Shown here: positions 39,001-51,000 of the stretch, piece by piece
Numbering within the stretch: position 1 is the first letter of the stretch
How the letters are laid out: the number at the start of each line of letters is the position of its first letter
From: Podarcis tiliguerta
Taxonomy: Eukaryota
Strand: one strand, 5' to 3'
Assembly (NCBI GenBank): GCA_965153285.1
Contig: OZ229111.1
Length of the DNA: 64,000 nt
Made by a program: the position numbers and the translations under genes
Notes under the pieces: model-generated
Database searches by the model: none
Seen by the model: the letters and a program-made list of their open reading frames with translations, nothing else
What the model was told of the DNA's origin: nothing

Positions 39001-42000
39001 AACCCAAGCAGCTTCCCAATCCATCTCCATTAGGTGTCTCCATCCTACAACCTCTCTAGGGGCCTGCTTGCAAGGCATATGTACTGGGTTTTTATAGAAA
39101 AGATGTAAACTCCATCCAAACTTAGCGGCTCAGGCTTAAACAAGAGAAACCCTGAACCATCTTATTCCCTTTCAACAGAGGCCTGGGGTGGATTACCTGG
39201 CACTGAGAACCTGTGTAGCCCTGAGGACAGGTACAGCGGTAGGACTGCACACCATCCTGGCATACGCCACCATTGAGGCAGGGCTGTGACTGGCACTCAT
39301 CAATCTCATGCTGGCAGTGGGATCCTTTGAAGCCAGCGCGGCAGTGGCATGTGTACGAATTCACTCCATCCAAGCATGTGCCACCATTGAAGCAGGAGCT
39401 GGCGGAACAAAAGTACAGGAGTCAGGAATAAAGGAAGGAGGAAGGAGGTTATCTACCCCAAGAGACACCCAGCACAGGCTAGGCCTACCCCACCAGCTAA
39501 CACTTGGCTAGTTGTGCTGGCTTGCATCTGTCTTACACCAAAGTTTCTGTTCTAGGTGAAAAATGCAACTGTGTGATAAGCCTCCCTCCTTACTCAATAT
39601 TTGACCATTCTTTACAACTGGATTGGATTTACCTGTAACTGACAACCAGGGGAACTTCAGATCTGCCTCCTGTCATCCTATAGCATCCAGCACTTAATCC
39701 CAGGCTTAGTCTTGTGTTCATATGAATAACTAATTATCTGTTTTTACTAACAGAGGAGTTAGAAGCAAAGAGGGGACAGAAGTACACTGTCGCCTTTTAA
39801 ACAGGATCCTACCTACTTCTGAACCATTCGTCCATCTAGAGTTTTCTAGAACAGAGCCCTTTCCGCACATTGCTACTAAAATAAGACAGCCACTTTGTTC
39901 TAAAAAGCAGAGAAGAAAACTCTGGGACCTTATTAAACATGATACAGTGGGGAACGTGCTCGAATATATAAAACATGTGAACTGTACAACAGTAAGCCAA
40001 CCCTCTTGACTAACTCCTACCATATAGTGCTGTTTGGCTTTGTTCATATGAATGGGGCCAGGTGGCGCTGTGGGTTAAACCACAGAGCCTAGGACCAGTG
40101 GCGTAGCGTGGGTTGTCAGCACCCGGGGCAAGGCAAGTAATTTGCGCCCCCTAACCCGTGGATTTGCGCCCCCTAACCCTAATTCCCAAATGTTGCGCCC
40201 GGTGCAGCCGGCCCCCCCTGCACCCCCCACGCTACATCACTGCCTAGGACTTGCCAGTCAGAAGGTCAGCGGTTCGAATCCCCGCAACAGGGTGAGCTCC
40301 CGTTGCTCGGTCCCTGCTCCTGCCAACCTAGCAGTTCGAAAGCACATCAAAGTGCAAGTAAATAGGTACCGCTCCGGCAGGAAGGTAAACGGCGTTTCCG
40401 TGCGCTGCTCTGGTTCGCCAGAAGCGGCTTGGTCATGCTGGCCACATGACCTGGAAGCTGTATGCCAGCTCCCTCGGCCAATAAAGCGAGATGAGCGCCG
40501 CAACCCCAGAGTCAGCCACGACTGGACCTAATGGTCAGGGGTCCATTTACCTTTATCCATTCTGCAAAATGTGCCCTCTGAGTAATACGAGTTGAAAGAT
40601 AGGTAGACATAAGTCACTGTTCCTCATGACAAACTATCAGCTCACCTGTCAGTGCATTCCTGAACATTCTGCTCACAGTGTAGGCCAGCCCAGCCTGGCG
40701 CACAAGTACAAGTGTAGCTGTTGACATAGTCTGTGCAGGTGGCGCCATTGCGGCAGGGGTTACTCAGGCACTCATTGGTCTCAGTTGCACAGTGTATGCC
40801 TGTGAAGCCTGGCAGGCAGGTGCACATGAAAGTACTGATGCCATCTTGGCAGGAGCCACCATTCAGGCAAGGATCTGTTGGCAGGGAGAGGAATACTCAG
40901 AGGGGTCAAGACAAGCTCTCAACTCTTTCACTGTGACATCCTCCAATACAAAAAGACTAAGATCTTTTGTCATGTTTAACTTTGCACATGCAGAATCACG
41001 GACAGAATCCAGGAGAGACTGAGGATGGATGTTGAATTTTCACTGGCATTAACAGGAGTTAATGTTACATTCAAACATCTCAATCCAAATAAGATCTAGT
41101 TCTGTCTGAATATCAGTTGCTGTCACAGTCCACAACCTACTCTTAGTAGTGCTCTAGCCTATATTTGAAAAGCTCAGTCGGTAGAGCATGAGACTCTTAA
41201 TCTCAGGGTTCTGGGTTCGAGCCCCACGTTGGGCAAAAGATTCGTGCATTGCAAAGGGTTGGACTAGGTGACCCTCATGGTCCCTTCCAACTCTACAATT
41301 CTATACCTAGTCAAAGAAATCCAAGTTCTGCAAAGTTTAGAAGTCTGAAGTACAAATGGAACCTGCAAGCAATTGTTGCTATGTTAAGCATTCCTGTTCC
41401 CCTGCCAGTTTTCCCCACCCCCCACCCCACCCACAACAATCCGTCAGCATTCCATGGTCAGTCAGCTTACTCTGTCTTGTTGGACTGTTTAAGAGGAGTG
41501 TTTCCCCTTCAAAACTTCTTGTAGTCCTGTGAAAAACTTGGGGTTCACCCAAACCTGCTGATACCTCTCTCTTATGCATGGAGGGTTCTGTTTTGGCTCC
41601 ATAAGCACTGGCACTCCAAGTTCTGAGTTTGCAATTAGCATACGTGATGCAACACAGATTATGCTTAGGTAAAAGAAAGCAAATTTGCTTAAATCATCTA
41701 GTCTGCACCATTTAATTGTCTTAGCATTTTAATTTTCTAAACATAAGCCAAATGACAAGGCACAGCCACTTCCAAAAATGTGAGACCTGGAAGCCAGCTT
41801 GGAAAAGCAGATGTCACCTAATGACCTTTTTGCCCAGTTTCCAGTTTTTTATTAGGTTTCCTGTCCTACCAGTGCTCCTTCTTCCTAGAACTTTCACCCA
41901 GTTCTTTTTGCTATACTGCCTCGCCATAATAGTTAGCAAGATCACAGATTCTTGGTTGTTCTTTCCTGTTGTCTCATGTGCTCAATGAACTCACTTGGTT

Positions 42001-45000
42001 TGCAGTCGTCAATATCCAACTCACAGTTGGTGCCAGTGTAGCCGGGACGGCAGGCACACCTGTAACTGCCATGTGTGTTGGTGCAGGTGCCCCTATTTCG
42101 ACATGGGTCCTGGTCACATTCATTAATGTCAATCTGGCATTGCTGCCCTATGGGGATAAGAAAATATGGTTACTGTTTGTTTTTAAGTTTCTTTTTCCCC
42201 CTCCACACCCCCCAATCTACTTCTATTGACTTTTCCATATTGCTGCATCCACTATGTGGAGAAGCAAAAAACCAACAACAATGAAGGAAACAACAAAACA
42301 ATATCCCAGGCATGTGTCTACTATCAAATAATCAATCACACAGAATGCATAGATATAAGAAAATTATCAGATTATCCAGTCACAATGTTACCATCAGGAA
42401 TATTGCTAAATATGCCACATTAGAATGGCAGATCTTCTGGTAAAGGTATTTTGTGAAGTAAAATCAATAAAAGAATGTAAATTTTACTTCTGAAATTTCT
42501 TTTTCACAATACAAACTCAAATTAGTAAAAATGCCTTTATATTTAAAAGCCACCCCAAAATTAAAACAAATTAAAATATAAAACTGGCACATAAGCTCAT
42601 AGGATTAGATGCCACAATATTTAGAAAAGTACAGGAAGAACGTGGCTCATGAGTCTGAGTACCTTGCCAGCCTGGTGCACAACCACAGGTAAAGCTCTCA
42701 TAGTCAGGTGTGTGGTCACAGACACCATTGTTCTTACATGGATTGGGGAAACAGGGAGCCAGCACATTCTCACAATTCCGGCCTGTGGGAAGAGAAATAG
42801 ACAAGGGTACTTGTTTGGATTTCCACTGGCCTAATAGCCATCTTATTCTGAACTATATAACATTTATGTCTTGGACTCAATAGGAATACAAATCAAGTTC
42901 AGAGACCAAATGTCTAGCCACAAAGTGATGTCAGTGGGAATTATACTTTATACATAAGGTAAATATAATAAAGTTAATTCAAGAGCCTTTCCTAGTCAGT
43001 CAGTTTACAGAGTAACAAATGTTTAGCTGCCAGTCATTTGTTGCATGGATCCAGATGTCTTTCTTTGAGGAAGCTCTTTTGTTTACACCCATCTCCAGGC
43101 TCCCTAACCATGACATATTGCTGCTTTAAAAATGTGGTTTGCAGAAAGCAGATGCTGTTGCAATTTAAAGTGACTTGTAGAATGGAAGTTGCACAAATGC
43201 CAAGGGCATCTATTGGATAATGCCTGTGACATCACCAGATGATGAGTGACTCAGATCCTTCTCCCTACCCATGTTGTGACACTGTCGCCTGAACTCACCA
43301 TGCACAGTGGCAATGCCCAAGAATTAAACATAGTAAAGGCAACATGTGATTCCTTATCATTTTGTTTCTCAGTCTCTCTTTTTCTTTCTCTCTCACACAC
43401 CACACACATCTATTTCAGCTCTCCAAGAACTCTCCCTTTAGAGCACCCAAGTACATACAGTCGTACTTTGGATCCCAAATGCCTTGCGAGTTGAACATTT
43501 TGGCTCCCGAATGCCACAAACCCAGAAGTGAGTGTTCCAGTTTTCAAACGTTCTTTGGAACCTGAACGTCCAACACGGCTTCCGATCGGCTGCAAGAGCT
43601 TCCTGCAGCCAATTGGAAGCTGTGCCTTGGTTTCCAAATGTTTTGGAAGTCGAACAGACTTCCTGAACGAATTCCGTTTGGCTTCCGAGGTACGACTTTG
43701 TTATCTTTTAAGGAGGAAGAGACAGACACATGCAATATTCTCCGTCCATTATTTGTGGCCTATCACACCATTGTCCTTTAGTCATTATCTGCATTACTTA
43801 TCCATGAATGGCTAAAATGCAGAATATGAATTTCTAACATGGCACTCAGTACAAACAATTACTGCTTATTAATCTCTCCCTTCCCAACTGCAACCCTGGC
43901 ATGGGGTCTGCCATACACGTCCCTTCACTAGATCAAGTCCCTTAACAAGAATTAAGTTTTTGCAGAAGATGTTCAGGTGTTCCCCACCACCCACAGAGCT
44001 CACCAGTGTAAGGCAAGTCACAGATGCAGGTATAGCTGGCAATGCCATCAGTGCAGGTGCCCTGATTGAGGCAAGGGTTGGAGGCACAGTCATTTATGTT
44101 GGTCTGGCAGTAGGTCCCTGCAGAAGAACCAGATAAGTATTAAGGTCCCCATGAACACAGATATCCCTGAAGATGAATCTTTCTCCCACTTGTAATGCCG
44201 CCAACCAACATCAGCTCCCATGAAGGACCAAAAAATGGAACCGGGGGATAGCTGGGTTCAGATACCTGCAAATCCCTCATAGATCTAGACGGCTCAAACA
44301 CTGAAGGTTACATAGAAGGCATAACTTTGGACAACAGGCAGAGTATTATCCAGAGATGGCAAGAGATGAAAAACAGTATGTGGGTGAGATATGTATCTTG
44401 GGGTACAGAAGAGCTAGACAGAGGTTGAGCATAGTGTAAAGTACAGGCAACAAAAGCAAGGCAAGGAAGATATAGAGACGCATACCCTGAAAGCCTTCTT
44501 TGCACTTGCAACGATAGCCATTGACATAGTCAGTGCACGTCCCTCCATGCTGGCATGGGTTGGATTCACACTCATTGTGGTTCACATCACAGTTGGTGCC
44601 AGCCCAGCCTGGCTCACACTTACACTGGTACCTGTAGAGGAAAGAAGGGGGGGAAAGGATGAAGAGGGAAAGCTTTCTTACACCCTCCAAGAAGCACCAC
44701 CCATTGTTAGCCCATTTGACCAGCCTGTAGGAAGTGACTTAATCCACTTGTGTCTTCAGAGCCACCTCATGGGAACAATAGGACCAAAGCCTGCCTGCTC
44801 CTGACGCAGCAGCTCATGCACTGGGTAAGCAGCTCTTACCCATTGATGTTGTCGTGACATGTGCCATGCACACATGGGCTGCTGCTGCACTCGTCCACTT
44901 CTGAATAGCAATGTGGATCATGGAATCCCTCAGGGCAAAGGCAAGAGAAGCCGTCTTCACCATCCACACAGGTGCCACCATTCTTACAGGGGTTGGATGC

Positions 45001-48000
45001 GCACTCATTAATCTCCACGTTGCACAGGGGACCTAAGTGGGAGAAAGGACTGCTCAGCAACAGAGTGGCGAAGAAGAAACTTCTTGCTGCTTTCATCCAG
45101 CTTTGTCCCCTTCACCAGGCATGGATTAAACCCTATAGCATCTATTGAGCAATGCTACCTCAAGCTCTGCCTGCAAAGCCAAACACTTGTAGATTCTGCC
45201 ATGGTATTCTCTCTTGATTAAAGCTGTAGCTGTTGACTCTGACCCTCTTCAATTTCCCCTACTTCTGCCCCATTCCCAACCAGCAATTCATTCTCCCAGC
45301 CATCACCTGTGAAGCCAGGTTTGCAGATGCAGTCATAACGATTGATGCCATCGCGGCAGATGCCATAATCACAGGGGTTGCTGGCACAGTCATCGAAGTT
45401 GATCTCACAATTGGCACCTTGGAGAAAAGGATATATCACAGGGCTGAAGAAAGATGCAATCGACCTACATCAAATGGCCCCACAGCACACTTGGAAATTC
45501 TTTCCTATCTTGGCTGAGTGACATGTATAGAGTGGAAAGAACTGGTGCAAGTAGGTTTAGATGCAATGAAAAGAAAATTCCTATGCATAGCTTCCTATGC
45601 ATAACCAATGGATTCTACCCAATAGCTAAGTAAATGGTTAATCCTTCGCTCCATAAGGAGATGGTCCCTACCACTTTGAAAGAGGCAGGGGTATGGCCAC
45701 TCCCAAAGAAGCTGGCTCTTTAGTTTGGACTAACTACTGACCAGTTGCAGGCACTCACTTTTGGGGGGGAAGGTGGTCAAGAGGATTGTGGCAAGTACAG
45801 ATTATCTAGACCCGTTCCAGCTGTGGCTGGCCTGATGGGATGATTTTGATCAAGAACAAGAAAAGAGTGCAACCTTGCTCCTTCTTCTTGATCTCCTTTC
45901 CTGCCCTGGAGAGGGTTTTCCGCACTCCAAAGTAGCAGGTACACAGCCTGGAGGTGCTTCTGAATCCAGTTTTGTCACTGGAGGTCCAGGTTTGCTCAGT
46001 GGCTGAGAGCCTTTTCCCAGCTTCTACTGGTGCAACAGCTGTGACCCGTAACTGCACCAGGATAGCTTGGTGACAGCAGCACAGGAGACTCACAACCTGC
46101 ACACATTTAACTTGTGCGATTGCAGCTTTACGTGCTTGGCAGCCGGCCAGCTGACATCACACAAATTAGATGCACGCAAAGCAGACAGCTTAAAATAAGC
46201 TTAGTATTCACATATAAAAAGCCCGTAACAGCTTATATCTAGTTTATTGGGGGGATTGATTTGCACCATACATGCCTATTTTGCTGCTTTGATCTGCAAA
46301 ACTTGAGTTTTACAAGTGACATGTAATGTTTACTCTGCATTTGTGAGTCTCTCTTTTAGTGTGGCAGCACCTGTGCTTTCAAATTCCCTGCCTATTGACA
46401 TCAGGCAGGTGCCTTCATTATATTGTTCTTTTTTTATTGCAGCAAGCTTTCCCAGGCATTCGTTTAGTTGTGTGTGTGTGTGTGTGTTTTACTTTGCTGA
46501 TTTTTATCTTGTGTTTTTATTGATAACTTTATTATATACACAACTTACGAGAGTTTTCTGATTAAACAGTCTATACATTTTTCTAAGAAAATAACCAAAA
46601 AGTGTGGTGCTGTTGGATAGGACTGGGAGATGTAAGGAATGAGAGCAAGCAGAGAAAGAGAGCGAGGAGGGATGCCCTACCTGAGGTCCCCTGCAAGCAG
46701 TGGCACAGGTACTTATTCACCAGGTCAATGCACTTGCCACCATGCTGACAGGGATTGCTGTGGCACTCATTGATCTGGTTCTCACAGCGGTATCCAGTGT
46801 AACCAGCTGCACAAGTGCAGGTGAAACTGGCAATGCCATCCACACAAGTGCCATGGTGGCAGGGATCTGGAAAGCAGTCGTCAATGTTCCTTTCACACAA
46901 AGGCCCCTCAAAACCTGTAAGCAAGAGGGGAAATCAGCATCAGCATCGTAGCAATTCATGCACACAGAAGACTGGGGAAAGGTTTTCCCCTCCCTTTTAT
47001 TTTCATAACTTTTAGGTCCATCCAGATACATTTATCTAATACGTTAGAAAAGCCCAATGTTTCCTAAACTACTATTTATCTGAAAAGATGCAGCCAAACA
47101 CCCAAATGTAGCAAGCAAAACATTTATTTTTTCCACAACTACTGTTAGTTCTCTGTTTTACCTTTACTTAAAACTGCTTGTGTTAAAAATACTGTAATTT
47201 TCAAACTGAGAGTCATTGTTTCGTAAGCCAATCAGATATGCATCTACTGTCCTTTTTTAAGTGTCTGAGCAACTGAGAAGTGATGCCACTTCATGTTTAT
47301 CAAGCAAGTTAAATACATCAATTAAGAAACTCAACAAAAAATGAGGAGTAACCTAACCCTCCTTTCTCCATTCCACAATGTGAATGAACTGTGTGCACTA
47401 ATTTGGTTTCCTTTCCCCTTATCCTAAAAGCCGTTCTGTGTAGGAGTTTCTTGCAGTCTGTTAAAAAAATAATCCTACTCTCCCAAGTCCATTTCCTTTA
47501 CTTCATGGGAATATTAGTTCTCTTTATGATGTGTTGTGGCATGCACTGTGCACCACTAGGTTTCAGAACACAATAAGCTTCCTTGGGAATTTCATGGTGT
47601 TAAATTCTGTGCTCATCTTTAAACCAAAGTCATCTAAAAGGAAATAAAACAGAACCCCCGCAAGCATCAATTTGATCTTGATCTTTCACAACTATCTGGG
47701 AATCAGGAATAGAGAAGTTATTTTGCTGAAGGTTTGATACCAAAGTTAGAAAGTGGTTTGACACCTTCCCTAAAATATGCTCACAGATGAAGGACCATGG
47801 ATTGGGGAGAAAGCTCACATCACACCCAGCCCGGGCTTTTCAAAAAAGGCACCCACGAAAGGCAGATGTAAAGGATGTTTTGGGGAAAAATTTCTCTCGA
47901 CTGCATCAGATTCTAATAATCCTTGTGCAGTTGTCATCACAACATCCTCATGACTTGAAACAATTCCCTCTCTAGCAGCACAGAAGAACATGGAAGGCAA

Positions 48001-51000
48001 TAACTCATTGCAGAGAGCAATTACCTTCTGTACAACGGCACTCGTAGGCATTGGGCCGGTCCACACACTTTGCACCATTCTGGCATGGTGTGCTGGCACA
48101 CTCATCGATGTCAATCTGGCACATAGAGCCTGAGAAGCCTGGACCCAGAAAGAAAAAGTAGTCAAACAAACCAGAAGGACCAACAAAATGAGGAACACGC
48201 ACTCAATCTGGCAACATTAACATATGTGATGCATTTCACCCAATATACACAAGAGAAGATCCAAACAACACACACAGAAATAACACTTGTTGTTATCCAC
48301 TCTGATGGATGAGAATCTTACACTAACATCTGCGCTATATATAAAAAGGAGCAGGGAATGGACGCTCAGTGCTGCAGTGGAAGAGTGGAGGCACTATAAG
48401 TATAGCCACCTCTTGTTCCCTAGCTGGGTTTCACATAGAGCTGAGTGAGAAAAGCTTGTGTACTTGGAAGTTCCCAGCTGTTAGAGGACTTTACAACTAT
48501 GTCTGAAAAGGGCACAAGCTAGGCTGGCAAAAGAATTAAGTGTATACTCGTTCTCAAGCTAAGTGTCTGAAGTGGGTACACAGCTAGAGCAAGCCTCGAA
48601 TAAAATGATAGTTTGGACTGAAAGCTCCAGATAAAGAGAAAACAGGTTCGCATTGGGAGGAAAAAATTATGTGGGACAGGAGTCCTCAAACTTCATCCTG
48701 GTTGCACAGCACAGCCCTACCAGCAGAGGCCTATAGCAAAGGCTCTCAATGTTCTCTCCCCCTCCTCTCCACAGGGGGCTTTGCGGTGTCTGCCCCACAT
48801 GTAAATTGGGTTCAGGGGCCTGTGCGACAGGCTGGGGGAACAAAGATACCATTGTCCCAGCTCCCACACAGCAAGCTATAGGCCTGTCTGTCAATCAGCC
48901 CTGGAAGCAACTGAATGGAGGACAGGGCCCCCCACCCGCTTGGTAGCAGAAAAGCGGAGCAAGTCCTGGGGAATGAGCTGAACACACTCTCCTTAGGGCT
49001 ACAGTTGCATCCCATACACTGACAAAGAATTCCCCAAGCTGGACTCCTAGCTCAGCAAAGAAAACTTACACAAACTGTACCACAGTGCAAGGGATGAGAG
49101 GAAGCACAAGGGGCAGTGTGAGCTCATGAAAAACTACAGCACAGCTCAACTTAAGAGACTCAAATTCAGCTGAATTCACACAAGGGGCAGACATTTCCTA
49201 ACATCAGGAGAAGGGATGAAAGCAAGGCTCCTTACAAACAGGGCAGATGCTCACCAGCTTTATCAAAGTAAGGTCTGGGCAGGTTTCAGATACACACAAA
49301 CATGCAGACTATTTTAAGAGGCCAGAGAAGGAGCCCTGTGGGGGAACAGGCTCAAGTTCACCTGTGCTATGCCAGGCAGGGAGGACAGGTAAGAGAATGA
49401 TGCAGTGCCATTTATCTCCTTGCTGGAAAAAGCCCTTGGCTTACCGGAGGGACAGGTACAGCTGAATCCATTGACAATATCCTTACAGACGCCACCATTG
49501 ACACAGGGATTACTCTCACACTCATTGATGTTGATCTCACAGTAAGTGCCACTGAAACCTGCAACCAAGAGGAACCATTTGTTATTACAATGATTAGACT
49601 CACCCGTGTGTCCATCACTGTAGCACCACAACCACAGTGAGGCAAGGGGTCCATCTCATCCTGGCAGGCTCACGCCTAGGAATGCTAGCTTATTATTACA
49701 TGGCAAAGGTGCACAATAAATAACAGCGTTTGGCTTCACATACAAGGCATTAAAAACAAAATCCCTATTTTTAAAGCTGGTTCCTTATAGTTACTAACTT
49801 TAAGAGGTGAAAATGATCAGACAGACAGTTTAAGACCCATCTAGTAGGAAAAAGGGGGGCGGATTCCCCTAAAACTCCATCTTTGCTGTCCCTACAAGTC
49901 TGCCTGCATCCCATTCCTTCCTCTCCATTATTTCCCTACATCCCCACTTTACCATTATGGTACATACAGCACCTATCCTAACGCAGCTGTCTTAAGTTTA
50001 CTGATGGTGGAGTAAGCATTCCATGCATCAAACTTGATCATGTGTTAGTTCAAAGCAATGTTTATATAATCTGTGCAACTGCTGAGCTTATTCCATTTTC
50101 AATTAAGCAGAAGTTCTGTTCCTGCTCCTTCCATGTCACGACAGCTCAGTGATGAGCCACATTTTTTGCATGCTGAAGATCCCAGGATCAACCCCTGGCA
50201 TCTTCAGGTTAAAAGAATCAGGAAGCAGCGGATGTGAAAGACCTCTGCCTAAAAACCCTGCTTCCACTTAAGAGTAGATAATACTTGGCTCGACAGTCAA
50301 GTTGCTTACGTGTTCCTGATAAGAGAACTGCAGGAACACAAAGAACAGATGAAAATACAGCCAGCAGCTGGAACCAGTGGTAGAAAAGGAAATCAAAAGG
50401 GATTTTTTTTTTGGGGGGGGGGAGTACGCCAGGCACATTATTACTGATTTATTTTATTAAATTTATTACCTGCTCTTTATCTAAAGTTCCCAGGGTAGGT
50501 TAACAACAACAAAATATGCAATTACAAAATAAATAAAGCAGTTAATGCACACAGAAATTATGGGTGCAAAAATACACATCCGGAGCTATCTTATACCAAG
50601 TGAGGCTGTAGGTCTATCAAACCCAGTATGATCTACTCTGACTAGCCGCACTTTCTAAGGTGTTTAGGGACTGCTCTTTTGACCAAGACTGTCTATTAAC
50701 CAAAGACTGACCATTTCTGCAAAGAATGTGTTCTACCGCTGAGCTATGAGTCCTCCATCTCGCTGTGGAGGTGAGAAAGGCAGCCATAACAGAAAGGAGC
50801 AAAAGTGAGGCACTGGACATGCCATGCATAAGGTTAGCACAACAGTATCCTGATTCTCTAGGCAAGGGGGTTAAGCAGGCTCTGGTCAATAGAAGAATGA
50901 CCATCCTGAATTTGCCCAACTGCTGGTCTGTGTACACATGCTCCAAGGAATCCTTGCAGCTATAAAGGCACAGAATTGCATGACTAACCCTCCAGGCTTT

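Noticed and set aside
41171-41234. Functional tRNA-Lys gene
   Set aside because: 5' acceptor-stem strand is missing, no oligo-T terminator follows, and it continues into a CR1-like tail.
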